A stretch of DNA of 64,000 bases. It comes from a virus. Below, one piece after another: positions 1-8,671 of this stretch (positions are counted from its first letter, which is position 1; each line of letters opens with the position of its first letter). The notes below the pieces were generated by a model. It made no database searches. It saw only the letters and a list, made by a program, of their open reading frames with translations, and was not told the origin of the DNA. Where the stretch lies: IMG/VR virus record IMGVR_UViG_3300045988_149624. One strand, written 5' to 3'. A program made the position numbers and the translations under genes.

Positions 1-1
1 A

Positions 2-3000
2 TTGTTAACAAATACGGCAGAAGCCTCTTTGCCTAATTATAATGTTACGGTATCTTTTAGAACTCAAGATAATACTCCTATAAAATTTTCACAATCTAAT
101 AATCTTTATATGGTTGGAGACGATTGCCTATTTGGAGCATTAATACCTAGAGTATCAACAGATTATAGGATAGAAATTACTTATGGTGGAACAAGACTAC
201 TAGGGAAAGTTTATGGTGCTAATTATGGATATGTAGCTAATTTATCTAACTTTTCTGGTGGGGCAAATATTTCAGCCGTAGCAAAAACATATTTTGATGC
301 ATCTTCTGATTTTTGTTATGGGTCAACTACAATATTATCTGGTAACGCTACTTCAAAATCAAGCGTAACAGATTCTAGTGGGAAATATTATATTGATTGT
401 TCTACTCTTACTTCACTAGCTTATAGAGGAATAACTTATTCCGATTCAAAATATAGTGATTGGTCAAAAACTAACTCTGCGAGAACATCTAAATACTCTT
501 ACGCTATAGAATTACCTAGAACCTCAGCAGAACAAGCTAGATATTGTATTGAAAAAGGATGGATTTTACCTAAAGAATATTGGGGAGAAAACTTCTCCAA
601 CTTACAAGCAGGAGATTTAATATTCTATTCTGAAAGACCTGTTAGTAAAGCTAGTACATGGGGAACAAGATTTATGAGAGCAGGGCACGTAGCTTTAGTA
701 TCAGGGGTAGAAGGAGGTACTGTTTATGTATATGAATCAACAAGTAGTTCTTCTGTTGACGGACTAAGAAAAATAAACATACTAGATAATACCCCTGAAA
801 AAATAAGTATAATTGCTAGACCGCAGTTAACAGTAGGTTCTTCTGGAGGACAAGACGGTTGGGATATTGAGGATGACCCTTCTGAAAATATGTTAGAAAA
901 TGGTGGGATATCTACTTCTACAGGAAATAATATAGCTTCTTCTATTTATGTTAGAAATAGAGGATATATTAATTTAGGAAATGTAAAAGGTGTAAAGCTA
1001 TCTGTCTCTAATAAAAATATGGTAATAGCTAATGTTTATTATTATAATTCAAACAATAGCTTAGTGTCTTATCAAAATGTGGGTGATACTTCTTATAATG
1101 GAACAGTACCATCAGGTGCTACTAAGATTAGATTTACTTTTAGAAAAACAGATAATAGTACTATAAATTATTATGAGGTAGATTATGATATTACTTATAC
1201 TATGAATGAAAACGTAGATGTTAAACCAACTCCTTCTATTATGGGATTTAGAGATTTTCCAAGAGTAACAGGAAAAATAACTAACCAATATGAACTTGTA
1301 GCAAAATTAAATGAACTAATTGAAGATTACAATACAATGTATGTTTATGGAGCAATAGGACAACATTTAACTGCTTCATTAATTTCTGACAGAGCAAAGG
1401 CTTATCCTAATTTTTATACCTCTTCAAGACTAAGAGTATACGAAAAGGCTATATCAAGCGGAAAATATATTTGGGGATTTGACTGTGTAAACGTTATAAA
1501 ATCTGTCCTTTGGGGTTGGAATGGAGATAAAAGTAAGTCTTATGGTGGAGCGGTTTATGGTAGTAACGGAGTTTCTGATGTAAGTGCAGATGGATGTATT
1601 AAAATTTGTAAAAACGTAAAAAGTTATTATGGCTCAAATGACAATGTAGACCCTTGGGATGATATACAAATAGGAGAAGCAGTTTGGACGAATGGACATA
1701 TAGGAGTCTATGTAGGAGAAGGTTTAGCAATAGAATGTACTCCTAAATGGGATAATAAACTCCAAATAACAGGCATAGGGAATAAACCTTTTAATAAAGC
1801 TTATGATGGCAAAAAAAGAACATGGAAAAAACATGGTAAATTACCTTGGATTACTTATCTTGATAAATGTCCTTGGGGAGAAACATCAGGAGATAATCAG
1901 GTTTCCGAATTTAAAAGTAAAACATATAATGCGAGTATATCTACATATTATCCTACTGCAACTTCAACAGATACAACTTCTAAATCAGGGGCAAAAAAAA
2001 TTCTTACCGATTTAAACATGGGGAAAGGATTAACTTATTCAAATTATAAAAATGCTATAAAATGGCAGTCTTTAGTTGATGAAATTGCTCCTAAATTTGG
2101 AGTAGACCCTGCTGTAGCAATAATGATAATTGCTGCAGAAAGTGGAGGAGACCCTAATCAAAAAACTGGTTCAAATGGTGGTTATGGGTTAATGCAATGT
2201 GAGAGAAGTGTATATATAAAAGGATTTAAAAACCCAAATACAGGTAAAACAAATTCCGGAGTACATACTATAAAATATTTAGATGGAACAACTAAAAGGG
2301 TAACGTTATCTATGACCACAATGGATGGGAACACAGAAAGTGGTAGAAGACTACAGGTAGAATTCGGTTGTCATGAACTTAGAGATAGAGCTAGAAATTA
2401 TTATTGGAATATTATACACTCTTTAGTCGCTTATAATATGGGAGCAGGAGCATTTAATCTTATATGTAGTAAATATATCTGTGAAAAATATGGATACAAA
2501 TTAGTTCGTAGTGGTTCTTTATCTAAACAAAGTTCTCAGGTTCAAAAGAAAGTTAAAGAAATGCTTAAACAAGGAGACTTGGGATATTTAAAATATAGAA
2601 AATGGTATACAACAACAGGACATAATTATCTTAATGCTGGTCCGGGAACTGCTAATAATATAGAACTTTATTTGCAATATTATAAATCAGTTAATGGGCA
2701 ATTACCATATTTCTATGACGATGATAATAAAAAATTAAATTTTGAAGATGTAATATCTGTAACTACAAGTTCAACAACTTCTTCAACTACTACTTTAACC
2801 GATGCTATGGGAAATACTTGTATAGGATATCCTACTGAATTAATTTGTTCTGCTCCTGAAAGTATTCCTTTGGGTAGCAAAGTATTTGTGCAAGGAACAG
2901 GGTCAGATTTAGATGGCAAAATGTTTACTGTAGTAGACAGATGTGACGAATTAAATGATTCGTTAAATATAAAATTATGTATGGAAAACAAAACTATTGC

Positions 3001-3253
3001 AGACACCTATGATGAAATGACAGGAAATGTTCTAGTTGGAGATATTGTAAATGATGGAAAGATAGTAGTTACAACAGCAGGAGTTAATATAAGAACTGGC
3101 ACAAGTAGTTCTTATCAAAAAGTTGGTCATGCAATAAAAGATTGCCACTTTACATGGTTGAAAACATTTAAAAATGGGTGGCATAAAATAGATTTTAAAG
3201 GAAAAGAATGTTATATGTCAGGAATGTATTCAGAAGTTAAGGATGTGAGCTAA
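2..3253 (+). CDS. Tail-associated multidomain peptidoglycan hydrolase (5' partial): two NlpC/P60-like peptidase domains, SLT lytic transglycosylase, 3D/DPBB-like domain, SH3b
   Basis: ORF is open from the window edge. Motifs: GDLIFYS..AGHVALVSG and GFDCVNVIKS..GHIGVYVGEG (Cys/His peptidases); AAESGGDPNQ..GGYGLMQ..AYNMGAG (SLT); IPLGSKVFVQGTG..MFTVVDRCD (3D-like); C-terminal VNIRTGTSSSYQKVG..GWHKI (SH3b-like). Confidence 0.85.
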   Translation: MLTNTAEASLPNYNVTVSFRTQDNTPIKFSQSNNLYMVGDDCLFGALIPRVSTDYRIEITYGGTRLLGKVYGANYGYVANLSNFSGGANISAVAKTYFDASSDFCYGSTTILSGNATSKSSVTDSSGKYYIDCSTLTSLAYRGITYSDSKYSDWSKTNSARTSKYSYAIELPRTSAEQARYCIEKGWILPKEYWGENFSNLQAGDLIFYSERPVSKASTWGTRFMRAGHVALVSGVEGGTVYVYESTSSSSVDGLRKINILDNTPEKISIIARPQLTVGSSGGQDGWDIEDDPSENMLENGGISTSTGNNIASSIYVRNRGYINLGNVKGVKLSVSNKNMVIANVYYYNSNNSLVSYQNVGDTSYNGTVPSGATKIRFTFRKTDNSTINYYEVDYDITYTMNENVDVKPTPSIMGFRDFPRVTGKITNQYELVAKLNELIEDYNTMYVYGAIGQHLTASLISDRAKAYPNFYTSSRLRVYEKAISSGKYIWGFDCVNVIKSVLWGWNGDKSKSYGGAVYGSNGVSDVSADGCIKICKNVKSYYGSNDNVDPWDDIQIGEAVWTNGHIGVYVGEGLAIECTPKWDNKLQITGIGNKPFNKAYDGKKRTWKKHGKLPWITYLDKCPWGETSGDNQVSEFKSKTYNASISTYYPTATSTDTTSKSGAKKILTDLNMGKGLTYSNYKNAIKWQSLVDEIAPKFGVDPAVAIMIIAAESGGDPNQKTGSNGGYGLMQCERSVYIKGFKNPNTGKTNSGVHTIKYLDGTTKRVTLSMTTMDGNTESGRRLQVEFGCHELRDRARNYYWNIIHSLVAYNMGAGAFNLICSKYICEKYGYKLVRSGSLSKQSSQVQKKVKEMLKQGDLGYLKYRKWYTTTGHNYLNAGPGTANNIELYLQYYKSVNGQLPYFYDDDNKKLNFEDVISVTTSSTTSSTTTLTDAMGNTCIGYPTELICSAPESIPLGSKVFVQGTGSDLDGKMFTVVDRCDELNDSLNIKLCMENKTIADTYDEMTGNVLVGDIVNDGKIVVTTAGVNIRTGTSSSYQKVGHAIKDCHFTWLKTFKNGWHKIDFKGKECYMSGMYSEVKDVS

Positions 3254-3637
3254 ATGAAAAAATGGCTTAAAAAAGAATTTTTTATTTTTATAATATTTGG
3301 TATATCTTATTTTACATTAGAAATTCTTTATAGAGGATATTCGCATTGGACTATGATATTTTTAGGTGGAATAGTAAGCGTTCTTATAGGATTAATTAAT
3401 GAAATAACTCCAAATATGAGAATGTGGAAACAAATGCTTTTAGGAACAATACTTATTACTGTTTTTGAATTTATACTTGGATATATTCTGAATATAAAAT
3501 TAGGATTAGGGATATGGGATTATTCTAATATCCCTTTTAACATTATGGGACAAATATGTTTGCCGTTTTCTTTTTTATGGTTTGTATTATCTTATTTTAT
3601 AATTATGTTAGATGATATATTAAAGGAAACATTTTAA
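3254..3637 (+). CDS. Small polytopic membrane protein (resembles the PF06541 'putative ABC-transporter type IV' family)
   Basis: ATG abuts the lysin stop (TAAATG). About four hydrophobic helices. Motif GIWDYSNIPFN..GQICLPFSFLW. Confidence 0.6.
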   Translation: MKKWLKKEFFIFIIFGISYFTLEILYRGYSHWTMIFLGGIVSVLIGLINEITPNMRMWKQMLLGTILITVFEFILGYILNIKLGLGIWDYSNIPFNIMGQICLPFSFLWFVLSYFIIMLDDILKETF

Positions 3638-3694
3638 ACATATCAAATATAATATAAATTAACAAGGTATTTTAAGAAAAAGGAGATGGTCAAG

Positions 3695-4186
3695 ATGGCA
3701 ATATTTGTAGGCGTTGGAAGAACAGATGAGTGTTCTAACAGTAAAAAAGAAGAAAAAGAAAAAAAATGGAAACTTTTATCGGAAATTAAATTAACAGCGA
3801 ATAATCCAAAAATACTTATAAAACAAGATGCAGAAGGAAATGGATTTAGCTGTGAAAGAATAATAATTATTGGTAAAATTGTTTCTAACACAACAAGTAA
3901 ACCTATGTGTAAAATAAATAATACTATGGAATTTTCAGGAGTAAATTCGACTTATGTGAATGGGACTAGATATATTTATGAGACATATGAAGACAAAGGT
4001 TTTTTTATAGAAAGAGACACCAAATATCTTACTCAAGACATACTTGAAAGTTCAGTCTTATTTGATAATGGATTCTTTAGGGTAGTTAAAGGTCAAGCTA
4101 ATGGTATAAAATCTATTGAATTATATGGAGATTCACCTTCTTTTGTATTTAAAGCAGGAACAGAGTTGGAAATTTATGGATTCTAA
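3695..4186 (+). CDS. Hypothetical tail/baseplate-module protein
   Basis: Start moved to the second ATG, which has AAGGAG 9 nt upstream. The N-terminus MAIF matches the next two structural ORFs. Confidence 0.6.
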   Translation: MAIFVGVGRTDECSNSKKEEKEKKWKLLSEIKLTANNPKILIKQDAEGNGFSCERIIIIGKIVSNTTSKPMCKINNTMEFSGVNSTYVNGTRYIYETYEDKGFFIERDTKYLTQDILESSVLFDNGFFRVVKGQANGIKSIELYGDSPSFVFKAGTELEIYGF

Positions 4187-4502
4187 TACATATACAATAT
4201 CTTTGGAATTAGTATTTTCATGTATAGCCATGATAATAGGAGTTGGGTCATTTTTAGCTTCTAGAAGTAAAGAAAGTGACAAAATTGGAAGAGAACGAGC
4301 GACTGTTGAAGTTAAATTAGATTATATAGCCCAATCATTAGATGATTTAAAAGCTCAAATAAATGAATCAAGAGAAGAAGATGAAAGAAATAAAAACAAA
4401 ATATCCGAAATGGAAAAGATAATGCTTAAACATTCAATGAGATTAAATACAATAGAAAATGAATTAAATATTGACTATAAAGAATTTAAAGAAGATGAAT
4501 AA
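4176..4502 (+). CDS. Membrane-anchored coiled-coil protein
   Basis: The in-frame ATG at 4176 overlaps the upstream stop. One N-terminal TM (LELVFSCIAMIIGVGSFLA) is followed by a charged helical region and then a terminator. Confidence 0.5.
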   Translation: MDSNTYTISLELVFSCIAMIIGVGSFLASRSKESDKIGRERATVEVKLDYIAQSLDDLKAQINESREEDERNKNKISEMEKIMLKHSMRLNTIENELNIDYKEFKEDE

Positions 4503-4506
4503 TATG

Positions 4507-4535
4507 ACGAGGGGTTTCCCCTCGTTATTTTTTTT
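4507..4535 (+). terminator. Rho-independent terminator
   Basis: ACGAGGGG-TTT-CCCCTCGT stem followed by a T-run. Confidence 0.8.
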
Positions 4536-4553
4536 ATAAGGAGGTGATTTCGT

Positions 4554-4976
4554 ATGGCAATATTTTATGACTATACGATAACCGTAGATGGAGATAAAGC
4601 TAAATTAGATAAAAATATATATTTATACAAAAATAATAAAAATATAACTTATTATTTTAAGATACAAAATGCTCCCTTTAAATTTATTAATGCAGTAGAT
4701 ATGGTAGAAAGCTTAAATGCTTCTACGGCAGATATAAAAATATTAAAGCCTAACGGAGTAAAGAAAAGAATAAAAAATATTCCTATTGAAAATGGGAAAG
4801 TAAAATTAGAAATAGATGATAGTTTTATGGATGAGATATCTGAAATAGGCAAATATACTTTTCAAATAGATTTATATGATAACGCTACAAATAAAGGTAG
4901 GGTAACAATACCTCCTGTTATAGAACAATTTTGTGTACTTGCACCTATCTTTGAAGATAATGAAGCGACAGAATAG
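4554..4976 (+). CDS. Baseplate/tail-fibre module protein, short paralog of the next gene
   Basis: AAGGAGGTGA RBS. Its ~135 aa align along the N-terminus of ORF 4987 (MAIFYDYTITVDGDKAKLDKNIYLY vs MAIFYNYTITVNGNKASMDKNIYLY; FQIDLYD..ITIPP shared). Confidence 0.75.
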   Translation: MAIFYDYTITVDGDKAKLDKNIYLYKNNKNITYYFKIQNAPFKFINAVDMVESLNASTADIKILKPNGVKKRIKNIPIENGKVKLEIDDSFMDEISEIGKYTFQIDLYDNATNKGRVTIPPVIEQFCVLAPIFEDNEATE

Positions 4977-4986
4977 GTGATATTGT

Positions 4987-6153
4987 ATGGCTATTTTTTA
5001 TAATTATACAATAACAGTTAATGGTAATAAAGCTAGTATGGATAAAAACATTTATTTATACAGAAAAAATAAAAATGTAGATTATTATTTTGAAATTAAA
5101 AATGCTTGTTTTAAATTTGAAGATGAAATCAATTATATAATTAGTTATAACGCTAAATATGCTAGATTCAGAGTTATAAAACCCGATGGAACAAAATTTT
5201 TTACAGAAAAAAGAGAAGTAGAAAACGGATATGCAAAATTTTCTGTCACAGAAGACTTAATAGATGAAAGAGCAGAGGTTGGTACATACGTTTTTCAAAT
5301 AGACTTATATGACGGAAGCAATGGATTTATTACTATACCTCCTATCTATAATCAATTTCATGTTTTAGAACCATTATTTGACGAAGACGAATCAGGAGCA
5401 GGACAAGTAGACATATCTAGCGTAGATGTAGCGTACATAGGAGATACACTAGAGAAGGTTACAATTTTTGATGAAAACGGTGTATATGTTAAAACGTTTT
5501 GGAAACCAAAAGAGATAATTTCGTCTGTAAGAATGAATAAAATAGAAGAAGGAATATATTCTTTAAGTCAAAAAGTCGCAGATTTAACATTCAAACCGAT
5601 ATCTATTACTTCCTTTAAGAGTAATTTATCTAAAACAGTATATGAAAAAAATATAGAAACTATAAATAGTTGCAAGTTTACATGGAGTACAAGTATGATT
5701 CCAAAATCAATTAGTCTAACCGATTGTACTGTTGAGACTAGCGATACAAGTTATACATACAATAAGACAATTTCAGACACAAAGACCTTTACACTATCGG
5801 TGACTGATAGTAAAAATAATGTAAGAAGTTCTAGTATTACTTTTACATTTGTTTATCCTTTTTATTATGGAACATTTACCAACTCACTAACAGAAGCAGA
5901 TATAAAAAATGAAGTTAAATTAGTTGAATTAAAAAACAACAAAACATTAACTTTAACATATAATGACATGAAAGTTTTTTATGCTTATCCCAAGGCTTAT
6001 GGAGAATTAAAAAGTATAAAAGATGGAAATGGGTTTGAATATTTAAACGACTTTAATAAAGAAGAGATGAATATTAATAGTATTCCTTATTATGTTTATA
6101 AAATAAAAAATAAAGCAAGTGTATCTCAAATAAAATATACATTTAGCTTTTAG
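4987..6153 (+). CDS. Baseplate/tail-fibre module protein (long paralog)
   Basis: Good RBS. The N-terminal domain is shared with 4554..4976 and is followed by a unique ~250-aa C-terminal part. Confidence 0.75.
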   Translation: MAIFYNYTITVNGNKASMDKNIYLYRKNKNVDYYFEIKNACFKFEDEINYIISYNAKYARFRVIKPDGTKFFTEKREVENGYAKFSVTEDLIDERAEVGTYVFQIDLYDGSNGFITIPPIYNQFHVLEPLFDEDESGAGQVDISSVDVAYIGDTLEKVTIFDENGVYVKTFWKPKEIISSVRMNKIEEGIYSLSQKVADLTFKPISITSFKSNLSKTVYEKNIETINSCKFTWSTSMIPKSISLTDCTVETSDTSYTYNKTISDTKTFTLSVTDSKNNVRSSSITFTFVYPFYYGTFTNSLTEADIKNEVKLVELKNNKTLTLTYNDMKVFYAYPKAYGELKSIKDGNGFEYLNDFNKEEMNINSIPYYVYKIKNKASVSQIKYTFSF

Positions 6154-6168
6154 AAAGGAGAGATATAA

Positions 6169-6744
6169 ATGATTATTGGTAGCAATTTTGATTTGTCTTC
6201 AAGGTTATATTTAGACTCGAGACAGTTATGTGATAGTTATGCAGACCTTATAGAGAACAAAAATAATATCTTATATCCTCCCGGATTTGAAGTTTATTGT
6301 TTTAAGGAAAAAACAAAGTATTATAATGCTTGTGAAAATATAGAAGATAAACCAGTATGGAAAGAAGCAGCACGAGGTAGTATTGCAGAAGTTTTTATAG
6401 AAAGTGATACTATTCCGGAGAATAAAGACCTTTATTGGATTGATACAGGAACAGTAGATACTTTAGGGAATCAATCTGCTCACGAAGGAATAATTAAAGA
6501 GCTTTTAGAAACAGTTAGAAATCTTCAAAAAAGAATATTAGTTTTAGAAGAGAAAGTTGGCTCAGGAATAATTTCTCCAACAACAGGAGACTATTTACAA
6601 TTAGCAGATGGAACAAATTTACAATTAGCAGACGGAACATTTTTAGAACTATCTTCAGGAGATTCTTCGAGTAAAAAATATTTACAATTAGCAGATGGAA
6701 CATTCTTAGAATTAGCAAATAATACTTTCTTAGAAATAAATTAG
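6169..6744 (+). CDS. Tail-fibre-like protein with C-terminal LQLADGT(F/N)L(E/Q)L repeats
   Basis: AAAGGAGAG RBS. The peptide repeat YLQLADGTNLQLADGTFLEL...YLQLADGTFLELANNTFLEI is encoded by DNA repeats at 6595, 6619 and 6682. Confidence 0.7.
   Translation: MIIGSNFDLSSRLYLDSRQLCDSYADLIENKNNILYPPGFEVYCFKEKTKYYNACENIEDKPVWKEAARGSIAEVFIESDTIPENKDLYWIDTGTVDTLGNQSAHEGIIKELLETVRNLQKRILVLEEKVGSGIISPTTGDYLQLADGTNLQLADGTFLELSSGDSSSKKYLQLADGTFLELANNTFLEIN
6595..6702 (+). repeat. Three copies of TTACAATTAGCAGA(T/C)GGAACA inside the CDS
   Basis: Copies read directly at 6595..6615, 6619..6639 and 6682..6702. Confidence 0.9.
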
Positions 6745-6754
6745 AGGTGATAAG

Positions 6755-8671
6755 ATGACTAAATTTAATGAACTTAATAAAACTATTGTCATTAATGACA
6801 CAGACTATTTATTGTTGGGAACAAATTTAGATAGTGGATTTGAAAATAAAATAGCTAGTATAGAAACTTTAAAAAAAGCATTATTAGGAGATACTTCTAA
6901 TCAATATTTAAACTTATTATCTTCTGACGGGAAGAAAGAATTTAGATTAACATTAGATGGAAATGGTAAAATGCATATTTTTCCTATAGAAGCTTATACT
7001 AGCACTCCTTATACAGAAGGACAGAATTTAGAATCCCCTTTAAAAATAGTTCCAAGTAATAAAATAGATTCGGAAAACAATAGTGGCTTAGTTATTCAAC
7101 AAATATACGGCGGTGGTTCATTAACCACAAAAGAAACAGCAGTAAGTCATAATTTTGTTGAGTTATATAATTGTAATACCGTTGATATAAATTTAAATGG
7201 TTTATATCTTTGGTATAAACCTAATGGTGGAAGTTGGAGTTCTTTAGCTTTAAGAGGAATAGTCCCTGCCGGACATTCTTTTTTAATTAGGGGTAATGCA
7301 CTTTATAATATAAATAGTGATATAGTTAGATGTAAAATAACAGAGTATGACCAAGAATGGAATATATCTTTTTCGGAAAATGGATTCACAATATATTTAT
7401 GTGTAGGAGAAAAAGAACCCGAGGCAACGCCAGTTAAATATATAAAAAATGAATTAGGAGCAATAACATCTACTGACCAAAGATGGGTTGATATGCTTGG
7501 TGGTGGCGGAGCAGAAGATTCTCACACTATCGCAGTATATGAAGGCGGATATTATAATATGGGAATGAGTAGATATTGTTCTTTAAGAAGAATGAATTTT
7601 AATAATGGTAAAAATAATAGAGACGATGCAAGTATTATAGATTATCAAACTTGTGAAGTTGAAAAATTTAGACCAAGAAGTTTAGCAGACGGATATTGGA
7701 ACTCAAGTGCAGAAACAATACAATTTAATAAATATAGTCCTTCAATGGTTAATATGTGTTATGGGGAAAATGGTGATACTTCAAGAACTTTTACTTTTGA
7801 AACTCCAGTAACAGATTATGATGGAATTATTAAATACAGAAAACAAGGAGAAACAAAGTGGATAAAGAAAAAAACAACTAAAGATATTGTAAATCTTTAT
7901 GACCAAGTAGTTAATATTCATAGAGTAATTATACATGATTTAACTTATGGAACTTACGAATATCAACTAGGCGTAGAAGGTATGCTTACAGATATAGAAA
8001 CATTTGAAATAAAACAATATAACCAATCTAATAGCTTAAAGATGCTATGGACTACTGATGAACAGGGATTTACAGAATATGAATACAATGCAGTAAGAAC
8101 AGCCCGTGATGCTATTGAGCATTATGAATATTCAAATAGCACTCCTAATTTTGATTGTCATTTAAACACAGGCGATATTTCACAAAATGCAAACAGACCA
8201 CAGGAATGGCGATACTATTATAAATATCATGAAAATAATCTTAAAACTATGCCACATATACTTAATTGCGGAAATAACGATTTAATAGATAAAAAATTTG
8301 GTACAGCTTTTGAATATTACGGCACTTTTGAAAATCAACCATTACTAAATACCTATGAACCTCATACAGAAGGAGAAAGAGCAGTTCCAATGGTTTCTAG
8401 TTATAGCTTTGATGTTGGTTTTGTACATTTTGTAGTGATTAATTCTAATACAGAATATATGTACCCAGAAGTAAATACAGATGAATTTTTAAGAAAACAA
8501 ATAGAATTCTTAGATGATGATTTAACTAAGGTTGAAGCAAGAGCGACTAAACCTAGATGGGTAGTTGTTACTTGTCATTTAAGTCCTTTTACAATAGTTA
8601 GAACTAAGAGATTACAACAATGGATTCCTTATATAGAAAAACATAAAGTGGATTTTGTATTATGCGGGTAA
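6755..8671 (+). CDS. Tail protein with lamin-tail domain and calcineurin-like metallophosphoesterase domain, exon 1 (the stop codon belongs to the intron)
   Basis: LTD-like SHNFVELYNCNTVDINLNGLYLWY. MPE motifs GDISQNANR, CGNNDL and VVVTCHLSP. The ORF stops right after VDFVLCG, in the middle of the expected GHxH motif. Confidence 0.8.
   Translation: MTKFNELNKTIVINDTDYLLLGTNLDSGFENKIASIETLKKALLGDTSNQYLNLLSSDGKKEFRLTLDGNGKMHIFPIEAYTSTPYTEGQNLESPLKIVPSNKIDSENNSGLVIQQIYGGGSLTTKETAVSHNFVELYNCNTVDINLNGLYLWYKPNGGSWSSLALRGIVPAGHSFLIRGNALYNINSDIVRCKITEYDQEWNISFSENGFTIYLCVGEKEPEATPVKYIKNELGAITSTDQRWVDMLGGGGAEDSHTIAVYEGGYYNMGMSRYCSLRRMNFNNGKNNRDDASIIDYQTCEVEKFRPRSLADGYWNSSAETIQFNKYSPSMVNMCYGENGDTSRTFTFETPVTDYDGIIKYRKQGETKWIKKKTTKDIVNLYDQVVNIHRVIIHDLTYGTYEYQLGVEGMLTDIETFEIKQYNQSNSLKMLWTTDEQGFTEYEYNAVRTARDAIEHYEYSNSTPNFDCHLNTGDISQNANRPQEWRYYYKYHENNLKTMPHILNCGNNDLIDKKFGTAFEYYGTFENQPLLNTYEPHTEGERAVPMVSSYSFDVGFVHFVVINSNTEYMYPEVNTDEFLRKQIEFLDDDLTKVEARATKPRWVVVTCHLSPFTIVRTKRLQQWIPYIEKHKVDFVLCG

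Noticed and set aside
1803-3006. Track ORFs 1803..2015 (+) and 2713..3006 (-) nested in the tail lysin gene
   Set aside because: They are alternative-frame or antisense ORFs inside a long, motif-rich CDS. They have no RBS and low-complexity translations.
3643-3891. Minus-strand ORF 3643..3891
   Set aside because: It is antisense to the better-supported + strand ORF 3695..4186 in an all-plus structural operon, and it has no RBS.
8669-8671. Reading 6755..8671 and 10171..10710 as two genuinely separate genes
   Set aside because: The break falls inside the GHxH phosphoesterase motif, and the gap has group I intron features plus a homing-endonuclease ORF. This remains unproven without RNA data.
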